A stretch of DNA of 64,000 bases from positions 96,001-160,000 of IMG/VR virus record IMGVR_UViG_3300046522_000316. The stretch is one strand, 5' to 3'. Shown piece by piece: positions 8,615 to 17,741 of this stretch; position 1 is the stretch's first letter; each line of letters opens with the position of its first letter. A program made the position numbers and the translations under genes. Source of the DNA: a virus. Its lineage: Duplodnaviria > Caudoviricetes. Below the pieces are notes generated by a model. The model worked only from the letters and a program-made list of their open reading frames with translations, made no database searches and was not told the origin of the DNA.

Positions 8615-10531
8615 TTGGAAATGACTATTCTTAAAGGCCAGACCGTAAACGTTAACCACGGCAAGAAAGGCGTATTCAAAGAGACGGTGAAAATCGTCCT
8701 GAAGAACGGCACCGTTCGCACCGAGGAAGGTTCCGAGTTCAACACCGCCGACATGTACAACAAAGGCAAAGGCAAATTCGTTGACCTGAAAGGCGGCGTC
8801 GTGAAGAAAACCGCCGCTGCTGCCGCTGCCCCAGCTGCAAAAGCTGAACGCCCTGCACCGCCGACCATCACTTTCAAAGAACTGGAAGAGAAAGCGCGCA
8901 AAATCAACGGCATCGAAATCGAAAGCCTGAAGCGCAAAGACGGCATTGTCATTCTGGCCGATGGTTCGTCGGTTGCAATCGGTGACATTTCCCGCAAGGG
9001 CAAAGGTTACGGCGCTGACGTTGTGACCCCTGCGCCGAAAGCTGGCAAGAAACCTGCCGCTGTTAAAGCTGCGACCGAAAAAGCCCCGGTGAAAACTTCC
9101 GGCGTTAAGCCAGCTGCAAAAACTGCTGCCCCGGCAAAAACTGGCGGCGCAGTGAAGAAAGTAAAAGCGGCCCCGGCTGACGAAAACGCATTTGACGAAG
9201 GCGCGCTGTATGGCCCGGCTGGTCAATACGAAACTTCCGACGTTCGCGGCAAGACCATCGACTTCAACGGCGACGACGTGAAAGTGGTTAAAACCTTTTC
9301 GTCCGGTCGTTGCGTTCTGGAAAACGGCGAAGAATTCCAAGCCGACGAAATCCGCAAACGTCACGATGGCCGTTTCTGCGTGTATTCCGATGAATACATC
9401 GACGAACTGAAAGAACTGCACGAACAAGCCAACACCCGTGCGAAGGCAATTCAAAAGGCCAAAGACACGCCGAAGCCTGTAACGTCGCGCAGCTTCAAAA
9501 AGAACGTGACTCAAGTTCTGGTCGGCAAGAAAATGCAAATTGTTGAACGTATCCTGACCACTGGCGTAATCGTCATGGATTCCGGGTTGCGTATTGCAAT
9601 TGCTGACGTTGAACAGCAAGGCGCAAAACTGGTTTACGTCGGTGCTGCATCGACCAACCAGAAAGCCGGTGGCGCATTGCCGAAAACCCGCGAAGTTCCG
9701 CCGTTCGAGAAAAAGATCGTTCGCGTTTCTGAATTCGACGACGACACCGCGCAAGACATTTGCGATTTGCTCGAAGAAAACGTGCGCAAAATCATGGCGG
9801 GCGAATATGACGTTCAACTGGTTTCGTCGTTCGCCGGTCGCGGCACCGAATTCTGCACCGTTGCATTCAGCTTCGCGATTGCCGACGCTGACCCGGCGCG
9901 CATTCAGGAAATGGTTGCACGTCAACGCGCTGAAAACTTCGCGGACGACGAAGGCAGCGACCTCGACCCGCACCAGCTGACTCCGAACGCCGACGACATT
10001 CCTGAAGAGGAAGAGGAAGAGCAGGAAGAGGAAGAAGAACAGGAAGAAGAGGAAGAGCAGGAAGAGGAAGAAGAACAGGAAGAAGAGGAAGAGCAGGAGG
10101 AAGAAGAGGAACAGGAAGAAGAGGAAGAGCAGGAGGAAGAGGAAGAGGAACAAGAAGAATTGGAAGAGGAAGAGCAAGCCGACTTCCCTGAAAACCAAAC
10201 CTTCGCCGCTGCCGAAACTTCTTTCCCTATCGACACCTCGGAACTGGTCGGTGACGCTTCGGCCCGTATGGCGAAAATCGTTCCTACTGCCAAGTATCAA
10301 GGCGCAATGCGCAAAGCCGCTGCTGCGTGGTACGAATCGCAAGATGCGTACACCAATTTCGGTTATGCCATTGAACCGGGTTCGACTATCGAAGACGCAG
10401 GTCAAACCTACCTGTTCATCGGCCTGCGCGGCGATGCGGTCGGCCTGATCAACGTTGCGAGTGAAACCGTTCGTTCGGTGGACTTCGAAAAATTCGTTGA
10501 GATTTGCGAAGCCAACGGCATCGAAATCTAA
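8615..10531 (+). CDS. Large modular protein: four ~35-40 aa beta-type repeats, Ala/Lys linkers, (E5Q)n tract
   Basis: Internal repeats aligned by eye; strong codon bias; GGAG RBS. Confidence 0.8.
   Translation: MEMTILKGQTVNVNHGKKGVFKETVKIVLKNGTVRTEEGSEFNTADMYNKGKGKFVDLKGGVVKKTAAAAAAPAAKAERPAPPTITFKELEEKARKINGIEIESLKRKDGIVILADGSSVAIGDISRKGKGYGADVVTPAPKAGKKPAAVKAATEKAPVKTSGVKPAAKTAAPAKTGGAVKKVKAAPADENAFDEGALYGPAGQYETSDVRGKTIDFNGDDVKVVKTFSSGRCVLENGEEFQADEIRKRHDGRFCVYSDEYIDELKELHEQANTRAKAIQKAKDTPKPVTSRSFKKNVTQVLVGKKMQIVERILTTGVIVMDSGLRIAIADVEQQGAKLVYVGAASTNQKAGGALPKTREVPPFEKKIVRVSEFDDDTAQDICDLLEENVRKIMAGEYDVQLVSSFAGRGTEFCTVAFSFAIADADPARIQEMVARQRAENFADDEGSDLDPHQLTPNADDIPEEEEEEQEEEEEQEEEEEQEEEEEQEEEEEQEEEEEQEEEEEQEEEEEEQEELEEEEQADFPENQTFAAAETSFPIDTSELVGDASARMAKIVPTAKYQGAMRKAAAAWYESQDAYTNFGYAIEPGSTIEDAGQTYLFIGLRGDAVGLINVASETVRSVDFEKFVEICEANGIEI
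10004..10177 (+). repeat. Coding 18-bp tandem repeat (EEEEEQ)n
   Basis: GAAGAGGAAGARGARCAG-like units, about nine copies. Confidence 0.9.
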
Positions 10532-10598
10532 TCGCGCCTGTTCCCACGCGGGGGAGCAATAAGAATCCCCCGCAAATTTAATTCCGAGGTAAAAGATC

Positions 10599-11735
10599 AT
10601 GAACGAATTTTTCAGCCGCTTGGTAGGATCTGCACACGTTGCAATCGCTGCCTTTTATCAGAGCCTGTTTTCGCAAGCTCTCAGTACCTCCGCCGATGAA
10701 TTGGCAGACTGGTACAAACTCGATCCGACCGAAGTCGATCTGGAAGACGGCGCAGAAATTTACGCCAAACGTATTTCGCTGCCGATTTGGGATTTGGTGA
10801 ATCCTGATCATGCGGCGGAAATTGCCAGTGACATGATGCTGGAACTCGAAGCCAAGCACGATATGCATTTGTGCAGTTACACCGGCGACGGCGAATTCAT
10901 CGTTTACATCACCAACGAAGAAATCGAACTCGACGCTTTGCGTTTGGCTTTCGACGACCTCGAAGAACTGGAAGAGGAAGAGGAAGAACTCGAAGAACTC
11001 GACGGTTCCGAACTTCAGCAACAACCGGAAAGCGGTCGCGTTCTTTCCATGGTTCCGCGCATCGACCAATCGGCCCCGGCCCATGCTGCGCCAGCCGTTG
11101 AAATCGAAGCGGATTTCCCCGAGGAAGATTTCCCCGAGGAACCGTTGATCGAAGAACCGGCCCCGGTCGCCGCTGTAGCCGCGCCAGCCGAGATTGCAGA
11201 CGCCGATCTGGTAGAGGAAGAACCTTTGCCCGAGGAAACGCCTGTAAACGAAGCACAGGCCGTTGCAGCGCCAACCGAAACCAACGCGCAAGCCGAAGCA
11301 CTGGCGAACGCATTGAATGGCGAACCAGCACAGGCCGTTGAACAGCCCGCGCCAGCACCAGCAGAAACCGAAGCCTCGGCACCGGTTGCAGAAGCCGCAC
11401 CAATCGACGACGTTGTTGATACCGGCCCGGTAAAAGAATCGCCGGAAATCATCGCGGCAATTCACGCGGAAAAAATGCAGCAACTGATGGGCATGTTGCC
11501 GTCTGACACCATGTCTGAAGTTGATGACAATACCGGCGTGCTGTCCCTGATGTACAGTCGTGACGTGAACGGCGAAAATGTGGATTACATCCGCAACATT
11601 CGCCTTGTAAATGAAAACTTCCAAAACATTCGTTATGTGGACGTTTTCTATGTCGAAGACGAAGCGGGTAAAGTGCTGCACCGCACGTCGAGCGTACAGA
11701 GCATTATCCAGCACTTGGATCATCTGAACGCGTAA
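10599..11735 (+). CDS. Acidic Glu/Ala/Pro-rich protein with long disordered centre
   Basis: GAGGT RBS; EEEEEE and EAPA-rich stretch between folded-looking termini. Confidence 0.8.
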   Translation: MNEFFSRLVGSAHVAIAAFYQSLFSQALSTSADELADWYKLDPTEVDLEDGAEIYAKRISLPIWDLVNPDHAAEIASDMMLELEAKHDMHLCSYTGDGEFIVYITNEEIELDALRLAFDDLEELEEEEEELEELDGSELQQQPESGRVLSMVPRIDQSAPAHAAPAVEIEADFPEEDFPEEPLIEEPAPVAAVAAPAEIADADLVEEEPLPEETPVNEAQAVAAPTETNAQAEALANALNGEPAQAVEQPAPAPAETEASAPVAEAAPIDDVVDTGPVKESPEIIAAIHAEKMQQLMGMLPSDTMSEVDDNTGVLSLMYSRDVNGENVDYIRNIRLVNENFQNIRYVDVFYVEDEAGKVLHRTSSVQSIIQHLDHLNA

Positions 11736-11756
11736 CGCGAAACTGTAAATCAGAAT

Positions 11757-11787
11757 GGAAGGGCTACCCTGTGGCCCTTCCTTTTTT
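11757..11787 (+). terminator. Rho-independent terminator
   Basis: GGAAGGGCTAC-cct-GTGGCCCTTCC then T6. Confidence 0.8.
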
Positions 11788-11801
11788 CATTTCTGGAGCC
11801 T

Positions 11802-12263
11802 GTGCATATGATTCACCGCAAACGCAGCGAAAAAATCGAAAACATTTACATGGCGTTGGGCATGCTGGAAAAAGATCCGCGCCGTGAAAAATTCGAAATG
11901 GACATGACCCTCACTTCCCTAATCGGCCCGAACATCGCGTTGAAAACTTCGCACTACGAAGCGGTTATCACCGTTCCGTTCGAAGGGCAGATTGTCATTC
12001 TCGAAATCGACGGGGCCAAACAGCGCTTCGCTGATTACGCCGCGTTCCTCGAATTCTTCCTGCGCTCTTTGGAGCCTGCCCGCCCGGCTACCCTTGCCCT
12101 TGCTGCTGTAATGCCCGATGGCGTCCGCTTGGGCAACTCGGTGGCGTTTGAGCGCAACGGCGTGCGCTACCTGTGCGTTGAAAAAGACGGCCAGTTCGAA
12201 GTGCGTTACAACAGTCAAATGATGGTAATGCCGCACGACGACATTGCCGCCGTTTTCGGTTGA
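11802..12263 (+). CDS. Hypothetical protein
   Basis: GGAG then GTG start. Confidence 0.7.
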   Translation: MHMIHRKRSEKIENIYMALGMLEKDPRREKFEMDMTLTSLIGPNIALKTSHYEAVITVPFEGQIVILEIDGAKQRFADYAAFLEFFLRSLEPARPATLALAAVMPDGVRLGNSVAFERNGVRYLCVEKDGQFEVRYNSQMMVMPHDDIAAVFG

Positions 12264-12280
12264 TCATCCGAGGGATAAAG

Positions 12281-12583
12281 ATGGAACTGGCAGAATTTGT
12301 TTCGCACGTTTTGCAATTTGCAGAACATGACGAAATTGCAATTACGAACCATCCCCTTGATATGCATCCTTTCGAGGCTGCTATCGCCCTCAACAGCGCG
12401 TTGGCCCTTGTGCCCGATGGTGAAGCCGTAAAAGTTTTCGGCACCACTGGCGACACACTTATTATCGTGCGCGTGTCGGCCATTCCTGAATATCGTGAAG
12501 CCATTGAATTCGGTTGCGATAAACGACACGCTGAAGAAATCAAACAAATTTGCGAGCGCCCGAACAATGCAGCTACTGACTAG
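12281..12583 (+). CDS. Hypothetical protein
   Basis: GAGGGA RBS then ATG 12281. Confidence 0.65.
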   Translation: MELAEFVSHVLQFAEHDEIAITNHPLDMHPFEAAIALNSALALVPDGEAVKVFGTTGDTLIIVRVSAIPEYREAIEFGCDKRHAEEIKQICERPNNAATD

Positions 12584-13853
12584 CACTCTCCATCACCTGT
12601 ACGAAAAAGGAATTCTCAAAACGTGCGAACCAACGCATGATTTCGAGTCGTATTCGTATGAGTACATGGGCCGACTGGTTAAGCAGCCCGTTACGGTTGG
12701 TACGCGTATGAAAAAATCAGACCTGTTGAATATCGTGCGCAGTGCGTGCGATGGAAACCTCGAAGACATGGCAACCGTCGCCATGCTTTACAACGTAGGC
12801 TTTGGCCTGCCGTTTGATCGTGAACGCGCCGTAGCGTGGATGCAATATTCGTTGGTGAATCCATCGAGCCAGTTCGACGCCGAATGTGAGTACGCGATTA
12901 AATGCGCAGAGGAAGCGCCGGACGTTTCCTATCCGGACTCGCTGATTTATCCGTGTCTGGATATCGTGCGCAAAATTCACGATCATAAAAACACTGGCAC
13001 CATTCGCAAAGGCTGTTCGGTTCTGCCGCGCTTTAAAGGCGTGCGCGTGTATTTGATTTATCGCACGCAGCCCGGCGTAACGCCGCATCTGTACGCAGGC
13101 TTTTATCATGACAAGGAGAATTATTTCCTTGCGCTGGATAAACTGGTTGCGTTGGGTGCGCCGCGCTATTTCGGTGAACTCCGGGGCCGCGTAACGATTC
13201 CGGAATACACGCCGTTCGGCCACAATGCGATGTATGTAATTGCTGGCACCGTTTACATTCCCGAATCGAAACGGAATGGCGACAAGATCAGCAAAGTGTT
13301 CAAAGAATTCCTGACGGATGAAACGCCGCAGCTGACACCGCAACACTTCAGCGTTGACGACACTGTTGCCATGCTGGAAGAGGCGCAGAAAACTGTAAAT
13401 ACTATTACACGGTCACAGAGCCGATTGGCGGAACAAGGTAAGGCCATTCCTTTGGAGTCGCTGCAACAATTGCAGAAGGCAAACAAACGAGTAGAACAGC
13501 TTACGGCACAGGTAAAGAACGCCAACCCGGAAGCCGAGTATCAGGCCTATCTCAAATCGCGCCCTGAAGCCCGTCTGCGCTTCGTTGCGACTGAAATGTA
13601 CCGCTGGAACCGGGACGGACTTAAAACCGTTCCAATGGGACGCCAGCAGCACCAGCAAATGCAATCGTTAGGGTTTCACAGCCTCACGCATCCAGCCCTC
13701 GAATTCGTTGGTCATGTCGCAGACACAACCGACGTGCGTGAAACTGTAAATAAATTCGAGAAGGCTATGGACGCAAAGGTATCTGCCTTAATCATTCAAC
13801 CCGGCCCCGAATCGACGGTTCGGTTTGTAGACGTTACGAGGATTGATCTGTGA
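12567..13853 (+). CDS. Sel1-like repeat plus degenerate NAD-ligase adenylation-like domain
   Basis: AMLYNVGFGLPFDRERAVAW (Sel1-like); LPRFKGVRVYLIY, IAGTVYIP, LRFVA, QSLGF parallel LigA motifs but KxDG is RFKG. Confidence 0.45.
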   Translation: MQLLTSTLHHLYEKGILKTCEPTHDFESYSYEYMGRLVKQPVTVGTRMKKSDLLNIVRSACDGNLEDMATVAMLYNVGFGLPFDRERAVAWMQYSLVNPSSQFDAECEYAIKCAEEAPDVSYPDSLIYPCLDIVRKIHDHKNTGTIRKGCSVLPRFKGVRVYLIYRTQPGVTPHLYAGFYHDKENYFLALDKLVALGAPRYFGELRGRVTIPEYTPFGHNAMYVIAGTVYIPESKRNGDKISKVFKEFLTDETPQLTPQHFSVDDTVAMLEEAQKTVNTITRSQSRLAEQGKAIPLESLQQLQKANKRVEQLTAQVKNANPEAEYQAYLKSRPEARLRFVATEMYRWNRDGLKTVPMGRQQHQQMQSLGFHSLTHPALEFVGHVADTTDVRETVNKFEKAMDAKVSALIIQPGPESTVRFVDVTRIDL

Positions 13854-14788
13854 GCAATGACATTTCGTACAACGAAGCACATGAGCAACAATTGAAATCG
13901 AGCGAGCGCCAATTGGGCACCGCTACCGAACCGGAAAACGTTACACGTTACAAAGAAAATATTCCGGTTAAAGTTGCCGGTGAATTCCCGGTGCGAATTG
14001 TGCCGCGTGTTGAAGTGGTATTCGGCGCCGTGCTGAATACTGTAAATGAAGTAATAGAACAGCACAAAACGCTGACGCCTTTGATCGGCCACGACAACGG
14101 CGTAGTGGAAGAGGAAGACAATTCGGTTTCCCTCTACAGTCCGCTTTCGCGCAAATACAACGGCGCAGCATTGCAGCCGCTGGAATCGCTTTACGAATTC
14201 CTTGCAGCCCTTGAGCTTGAGCAATATTTGATTGTCTGCGAAGACTCGGTATTGCAGCAGCGCATTCAAGGTCTGATCGACACCCTGCATTCGCAATTGC
14301 AGGATACGTTCGGTGGCCCGGCCTTCGAACAACACGGCCTCGATTTTTCCGTGGCCCGCAGTGATTATTTCTCTACCAGCGTCACGCAGTACACGGTGGA
14401 AGAGAAAACTGTAAATAATATTCATCTGGTGATTCGTGTGTACATTCACGCGGCCAGCTTGACGAATACCCCTGACGATCCTGTCGAAGCTATTAACAGC
14501 GCATTCGGTGCGCCTTACCGGCAAGTGATCAAAAACTTCGCGACTGCAACCAAGATCAAAACGCAGATTGCAGTTGCATTTGATGTTTCTAATTTCACTG
14601 TACGGCCTAACCTTCTGACTCTGTTCACCGCGCTTTGCGCAGAACCGGGCGCACAAGCGGACGCTGTAAACAAAGACGATCATATCGACGCAAACGTAAT
14701 TGTTTCCGTCGCGCTGACAAACCCAAACGCCAAGGTGAAGACTGCCCCGAAAAAGGGTGTGGCACCGGCAAAACGCAAAGGTAGTTAA
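13850..14788 (+). CDS. Hypothetical protein
   Basis: 312 aa ORF coupled to upstream stop. Confidence 0.75.
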   Translation: MSNDISYNEAHEQQLKSSERQLGTATEPENVTRYKENIPVKVAGEFPVRIVPRVEVVFGAVLNTVNEVIEQHKTLTPLIGHDNGVVEEEDNSVSLYSPLSRKYNGAALQPLESLYEFLAALELEQYLIVCEDSVLQQRIQGLIDTLHSQLQDTFGGPAFEQHGLDFSVARSDYFSTSVTQYTVEEKTVNNIHLVIRVYIHAASLTNTPDDPVEAINSAFGAPYRQVIKNFATATKIKTQIAVAFDVSNFTVRPNLLTLFTALCAEPGAQADAVNKDDHIDANVIVSVALTNPNAKVKTAPKKGVAPAKRKGS

Positions 14789-14793
14789 ATCTC

Positions 14794-15351
14794 ATGGCAA
14801 AGCCAGAAAAAACCGTTAAAGCAAAAGCACGCACCAAAGTTTCCCGTCTCGACAAAGCCCTGCGCAAGCTGACCGGCACCAGCGCCAAAACCCCGTTCAG
14901 CATGAAATCCGGCGTGTTCACCGTGACCGGCTTCAGCGTTGTTCCTGCCGAAGTTCCGGGCTACCTGATCGACCGCACCGCGACCCACACCATCTATCGC
15001 CACAAGGCCACCAGCGCCTCGAAGAAAATGGTTGTGTCCGTGTTCGCAAACTCCGACGTTCTGCAACTGCTGGGCGGCAAGGAAGGCGGTAGCGTTACCG
15101 TTCGCCGTCGTTCCGCTTTCACCAGCGCAACCGGCACCCTGAAATTCGACGGCACTTCGGTTATCGTTACCGACACTGACGGCGGTGTTGCCGTGTTCGA
15201 TCTGGCCGCTGGCGATTACGAAATCAAAGCAGCCGATACCGAAGGTTCGCAAACTTCCGGTCGTGGCGTGAAATCGTCTTCCGACGAAGGCAAGAAGAAA
15301 AAGAAAGTCGTCGATATCAAAGAAGGCGGCAAGAAAAAAGCAAAAAAGTAA
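14794..15351 (+). CDS. Basic hypothetical protein with Lys-rich termini
   Basis: Strong codon bias; ends GKKKKK...GGKKKAKK. Confidence 0.75.
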   Translation: MAKPEKTVKAKARTKVSRLDKALRKLTGTSAKTPFSMKSGVFTVTGFSVVPAEVPGYLIDRTATHTIYRHKATSASKKMVVSVFANSDVLQLLGGKEGGSVTVRRRSAFTSATGTLKFDGTSVIVTDTDGGVAVFDLAAGDYEIKAADTEGSQTSGRGVKSSSDEGKKKKKVVDIKEGGKKKAKK

Positions 15352-15494
15352 CTAACACCCGGTACATGGGCGACCTCGACTGAGCGCGCCCGTGACCACC
15401 TCGCAGTAAACTGTAAATACACTGTACAAGATGTGCAGTGCAGAAAACTGTAAATCTCTTTCAGCAACATCAATCAATATATCTGGAGTTATTC

Positions 15495-16001
15495 ATGGCT
15501 AAGCCAGCACCAAAGAAATCCGCCGCCAAATCCAAGCCAGCCCCGAAGAAAGCCGGCAAGAAAAAATCGGCTCCGGAAATCACCGCTGACGATCTGAACC
15601 TGATCAACATGGATGTGCTGTCGCAAATCCTGATCGCGTTCCAAGACAAAGGCTTCGAAACCATCGAAGACGTGATCGGCGCCGTGCAGCAACTGATCGA
15701 AAGCGAAGAGGAAGAGGAAGAAGAGGAAGAAGAGGAAGAAGAGGAAGAGGAAGAAGAGGAAGAGGAAGAGGAAGAGGAAGAGGAAGAAGAGGAAGAGGAA
15801 GAGGAAGAAGAGGAAGAGGAAGAGGAAGAGGAAGAAGAGGAAGAGGAAGAAGAGGAAGAGGAAGAGGAAGAGGAAGAGGAAGAAGAGGAAGAGGAAGAAG
15901 AGGAAGAAGAGGAAGAGGAAGAGGAAGAGGAAGAGGAAGAGGAAGAGGAAGAGGAAGAGGAAGAGGAAGAGGAAGAAGAGGAAGAGGAAGACGACGAATA
16001 A
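15495..16001 (+). CDS. Basic-head / poly-glutamate protein (95 consecutive Glu)
   Basis: GGAG RBS, ATG 15495; Glu codons 15705-15989; two upstream promoter-like motifs and downstream terminator. Confidence 0.8.
   Translation: MAKPAPKKSAAKSKPAPKKAGKKKSAPEITADDLNLINMDVLSQILIAFQDKGFETIEDVIGAVQQLIESEEEEEEEEEEEEEEEEEEEEEEEEEEEEEEEEEEEEEEEEEEEEEEEEEEEEEEEEEEEEEEEEEEEEEEEEEEEEEEEEEEEEEEEEEEEEEEEDDE
15705..15989 (+). repeat. GAA/GAG homopurine coding repeat
   Basis: 285 nt made only of GAA and GAG codons. Confidence 0.95.
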
Positions 16002-16065
16002 TCGTCTCTGATCTTCTGATCTGAACCGCTTCGAAATTCTCCGACTTCTTTCGATCTGAGAATTC

Positions 16066-16097
16066 AAGAAACCCGGTAAAATCGCCGGGTTTCTTTT
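16066..16097 (+). terminator. Rho-independent terminator
   Basis: AAGAAACCCGG / CCGGGTTTCTT stem with T-rich tail. Confidence 0.75.
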
Positions 16098-16141
16098 CGC
16101 CTAAAATCGGCATTCTGAAAATTTAAGGGAACACGAACATC

Positions 16142-16747
16142 ATGGCTAAGAACGATCTGACCATTAACGGCAAATCCGAAATCGGTCGTCTGCGCAAGCA
16201 GCAGCGCGCTCTGGAACAATCCAGCAAAGCGCAAGAAAAAGCACTGGAAGTAACCAACGGCCAAGCAACCGAAGTTGCTGAGCAAATCGCTACCCTCGAA
16301 GCTCAACTGAGCGGCGAGCCGGTCAAAGCTGCCAAAGGCGGCAAGAAAGCCAAGGGCGACGACAAGCCAGCCAAAGGCGGCAAGAAAGCCAAGGCCGAAG
16401 AAAAGCCTGCCAAGAAATCCAAAAAAGACGCCGAAGAAAAACCGGCCAAAGGCGGCAAGAAAGCCAAAGCTGAAGACGTGAAGCCTGCCAAGAAGTCGAA
16501 GAAAGCTGACAAGGAAGACGCGGCCCCGGCCAAGAAATCCAAGAAAGCCGACAAAGACGAAGCTCCGGCCAAGAAGTCCAAAAAGGCTTCGAAAGAAGTA
16601 GAAGCGCCGAAGAAAAAGAAAAAATCCAAGGACGTTGAAACCGACGCTCCGAAGAAAAAGAAAAAGTCGAAAGACGCTGACGCCAAGAAAGTGAAAAAAG
16701 GCGACAAGAAAAAGAAATCCAAAGACTTCGACGAATTCGAAGACTAA
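16142..16747 (+). CDS. Histone-like Lys-rich protein with coiled-coil N-terminus
   Basis: KPAKGGKKAKA and KPAKKSKKA repeats; APKKKKKSKD twice. Confidence 0.75.
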   Translation: MAKNDLTINGKSEIGRLRKQQRALEQSSKAQEKALEVTNGQATEVAEQIATLEAQLSGEPVKAAKGGKKAKGDDKPAKGGKKAKAEEKPAKKSKKDAEEKPAKGGKKAKAEDVKPAKKSKKADKEDAAPAKKSKKADKDEAPAKKSKKASKEVEAPKKKKKSKDVETDAPKKKKKSKDADAKKVKKGDKKKKSKDFDEFED

Positions 16748-16776
16748 TCTGGATCGCCGTCTAGGCTAACAGAACG

Positions 16777-16795
16777 GGGGCCATTGGCCCCTTTT
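16777..16795 (+). terminator. Rho-independent terminator
   Basis: GGGGCC-att-GGCCCC-TTTT. Confidence 0.65.
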
Positions 16796-16800
16796 CTCGT

Positions 16801-17559
16801 ATGCACTGGCTGCACTCGTTAGACCACATCGTTTATCGCTTAGGGGCCGCATGCTTCACACAAACGGAATTCGCACGCGTACTATACGAACTTCGCGAAG
16901 ACCGTAAGCATGCCATGGCAATCGCCTTTGCAGAATCCCATCGCAGCGCCTTCCGTCAAACAGTCGCTAACTTGTCGCTGGATGACAAAGAAGAAACGAA
17001 GGCAAACAGGCTGCGCGCTCAAGCTACGATTATGGAAGACGGCGCACGTTCGTTGATCGCTCGCCCGGCTTTCGTTGCCGCACAAATCGAACTCAAGGCA
17101 ATCGAATATATCCTGAGTCTCGTTGAACCAAATGTGGCAAACATCCCCTACGATTTCATCGCCGTTCAGCGCACAGAAAACACCCTCGCGCTCTACTGGA
17201 AAGCATTTGTCGAAATGCGATCCTACAACGGCCAAATCAATTTCGATACCCGCTCGGAAATTCTCGGACGTGGCCTCACTCTGCCCAAATTCGATGGAAT
17301 CGAAACCCGCGACAACTTCCTGCACGAATTCAACCGGGGCGACCACAAAGCGCTGACGCTGCGTGACCTCGAATTTTTCTACATCACGGCATTGCAACAA
17401 ATCGAAAAATCGCCGCTCGTAAATTCCTACATGGAAGCGCTGACCGATGCCAACAACGATCCCGCTTTTCTCGGAAGTCTTCCGGAAAGCATCCGAACTC
17501 TTGAGCCAGTTGCAGACTGTAAAAGACTCAATAGTGACGTACCAAACTCTCGGGTATGA
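16801..17559 (+). CDS. Hypothetical protein
   Basis: 252 aa ORF. Confidence 0.7.
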   Translation: MHWLHSLDHIVYRLGAACFTQTEFARVLYELREDRKHAMAIAFAESHRSAFRQTVANLSLDDKEETKANRLRAQATIMEDGARSLIARPAFVAAQIELKAIEYILSLVEPNVANIPYDFIAVQRTENTLALYWKAFVEMRSYNGQINFDTRSEILGRGLTLPKFDGIETRDNFLHEFNRGDHKALTLRDLEFFYITALQQIEKSPLVNSYMEALTDANNDPAFLGSLPESIRTLEPVADCKRLNSDVPNSRV

Positions 17560-17741
17560 CGAACAGATTTTTACGTTCGTTGCCAGCCTCGATACCTCGA
17601 ACAATTCTGTGCGTCTCATTTATGACGTGACCCTGAATAACGAACCTGTCCGCTTGCTGGCCGAATTGCCGCCCACGGTGTTAGCGGACTACGGAATTTT
17701 TATCAGCCGCGTTCAACATTGGGAAAACGGCGGTGAAATGC

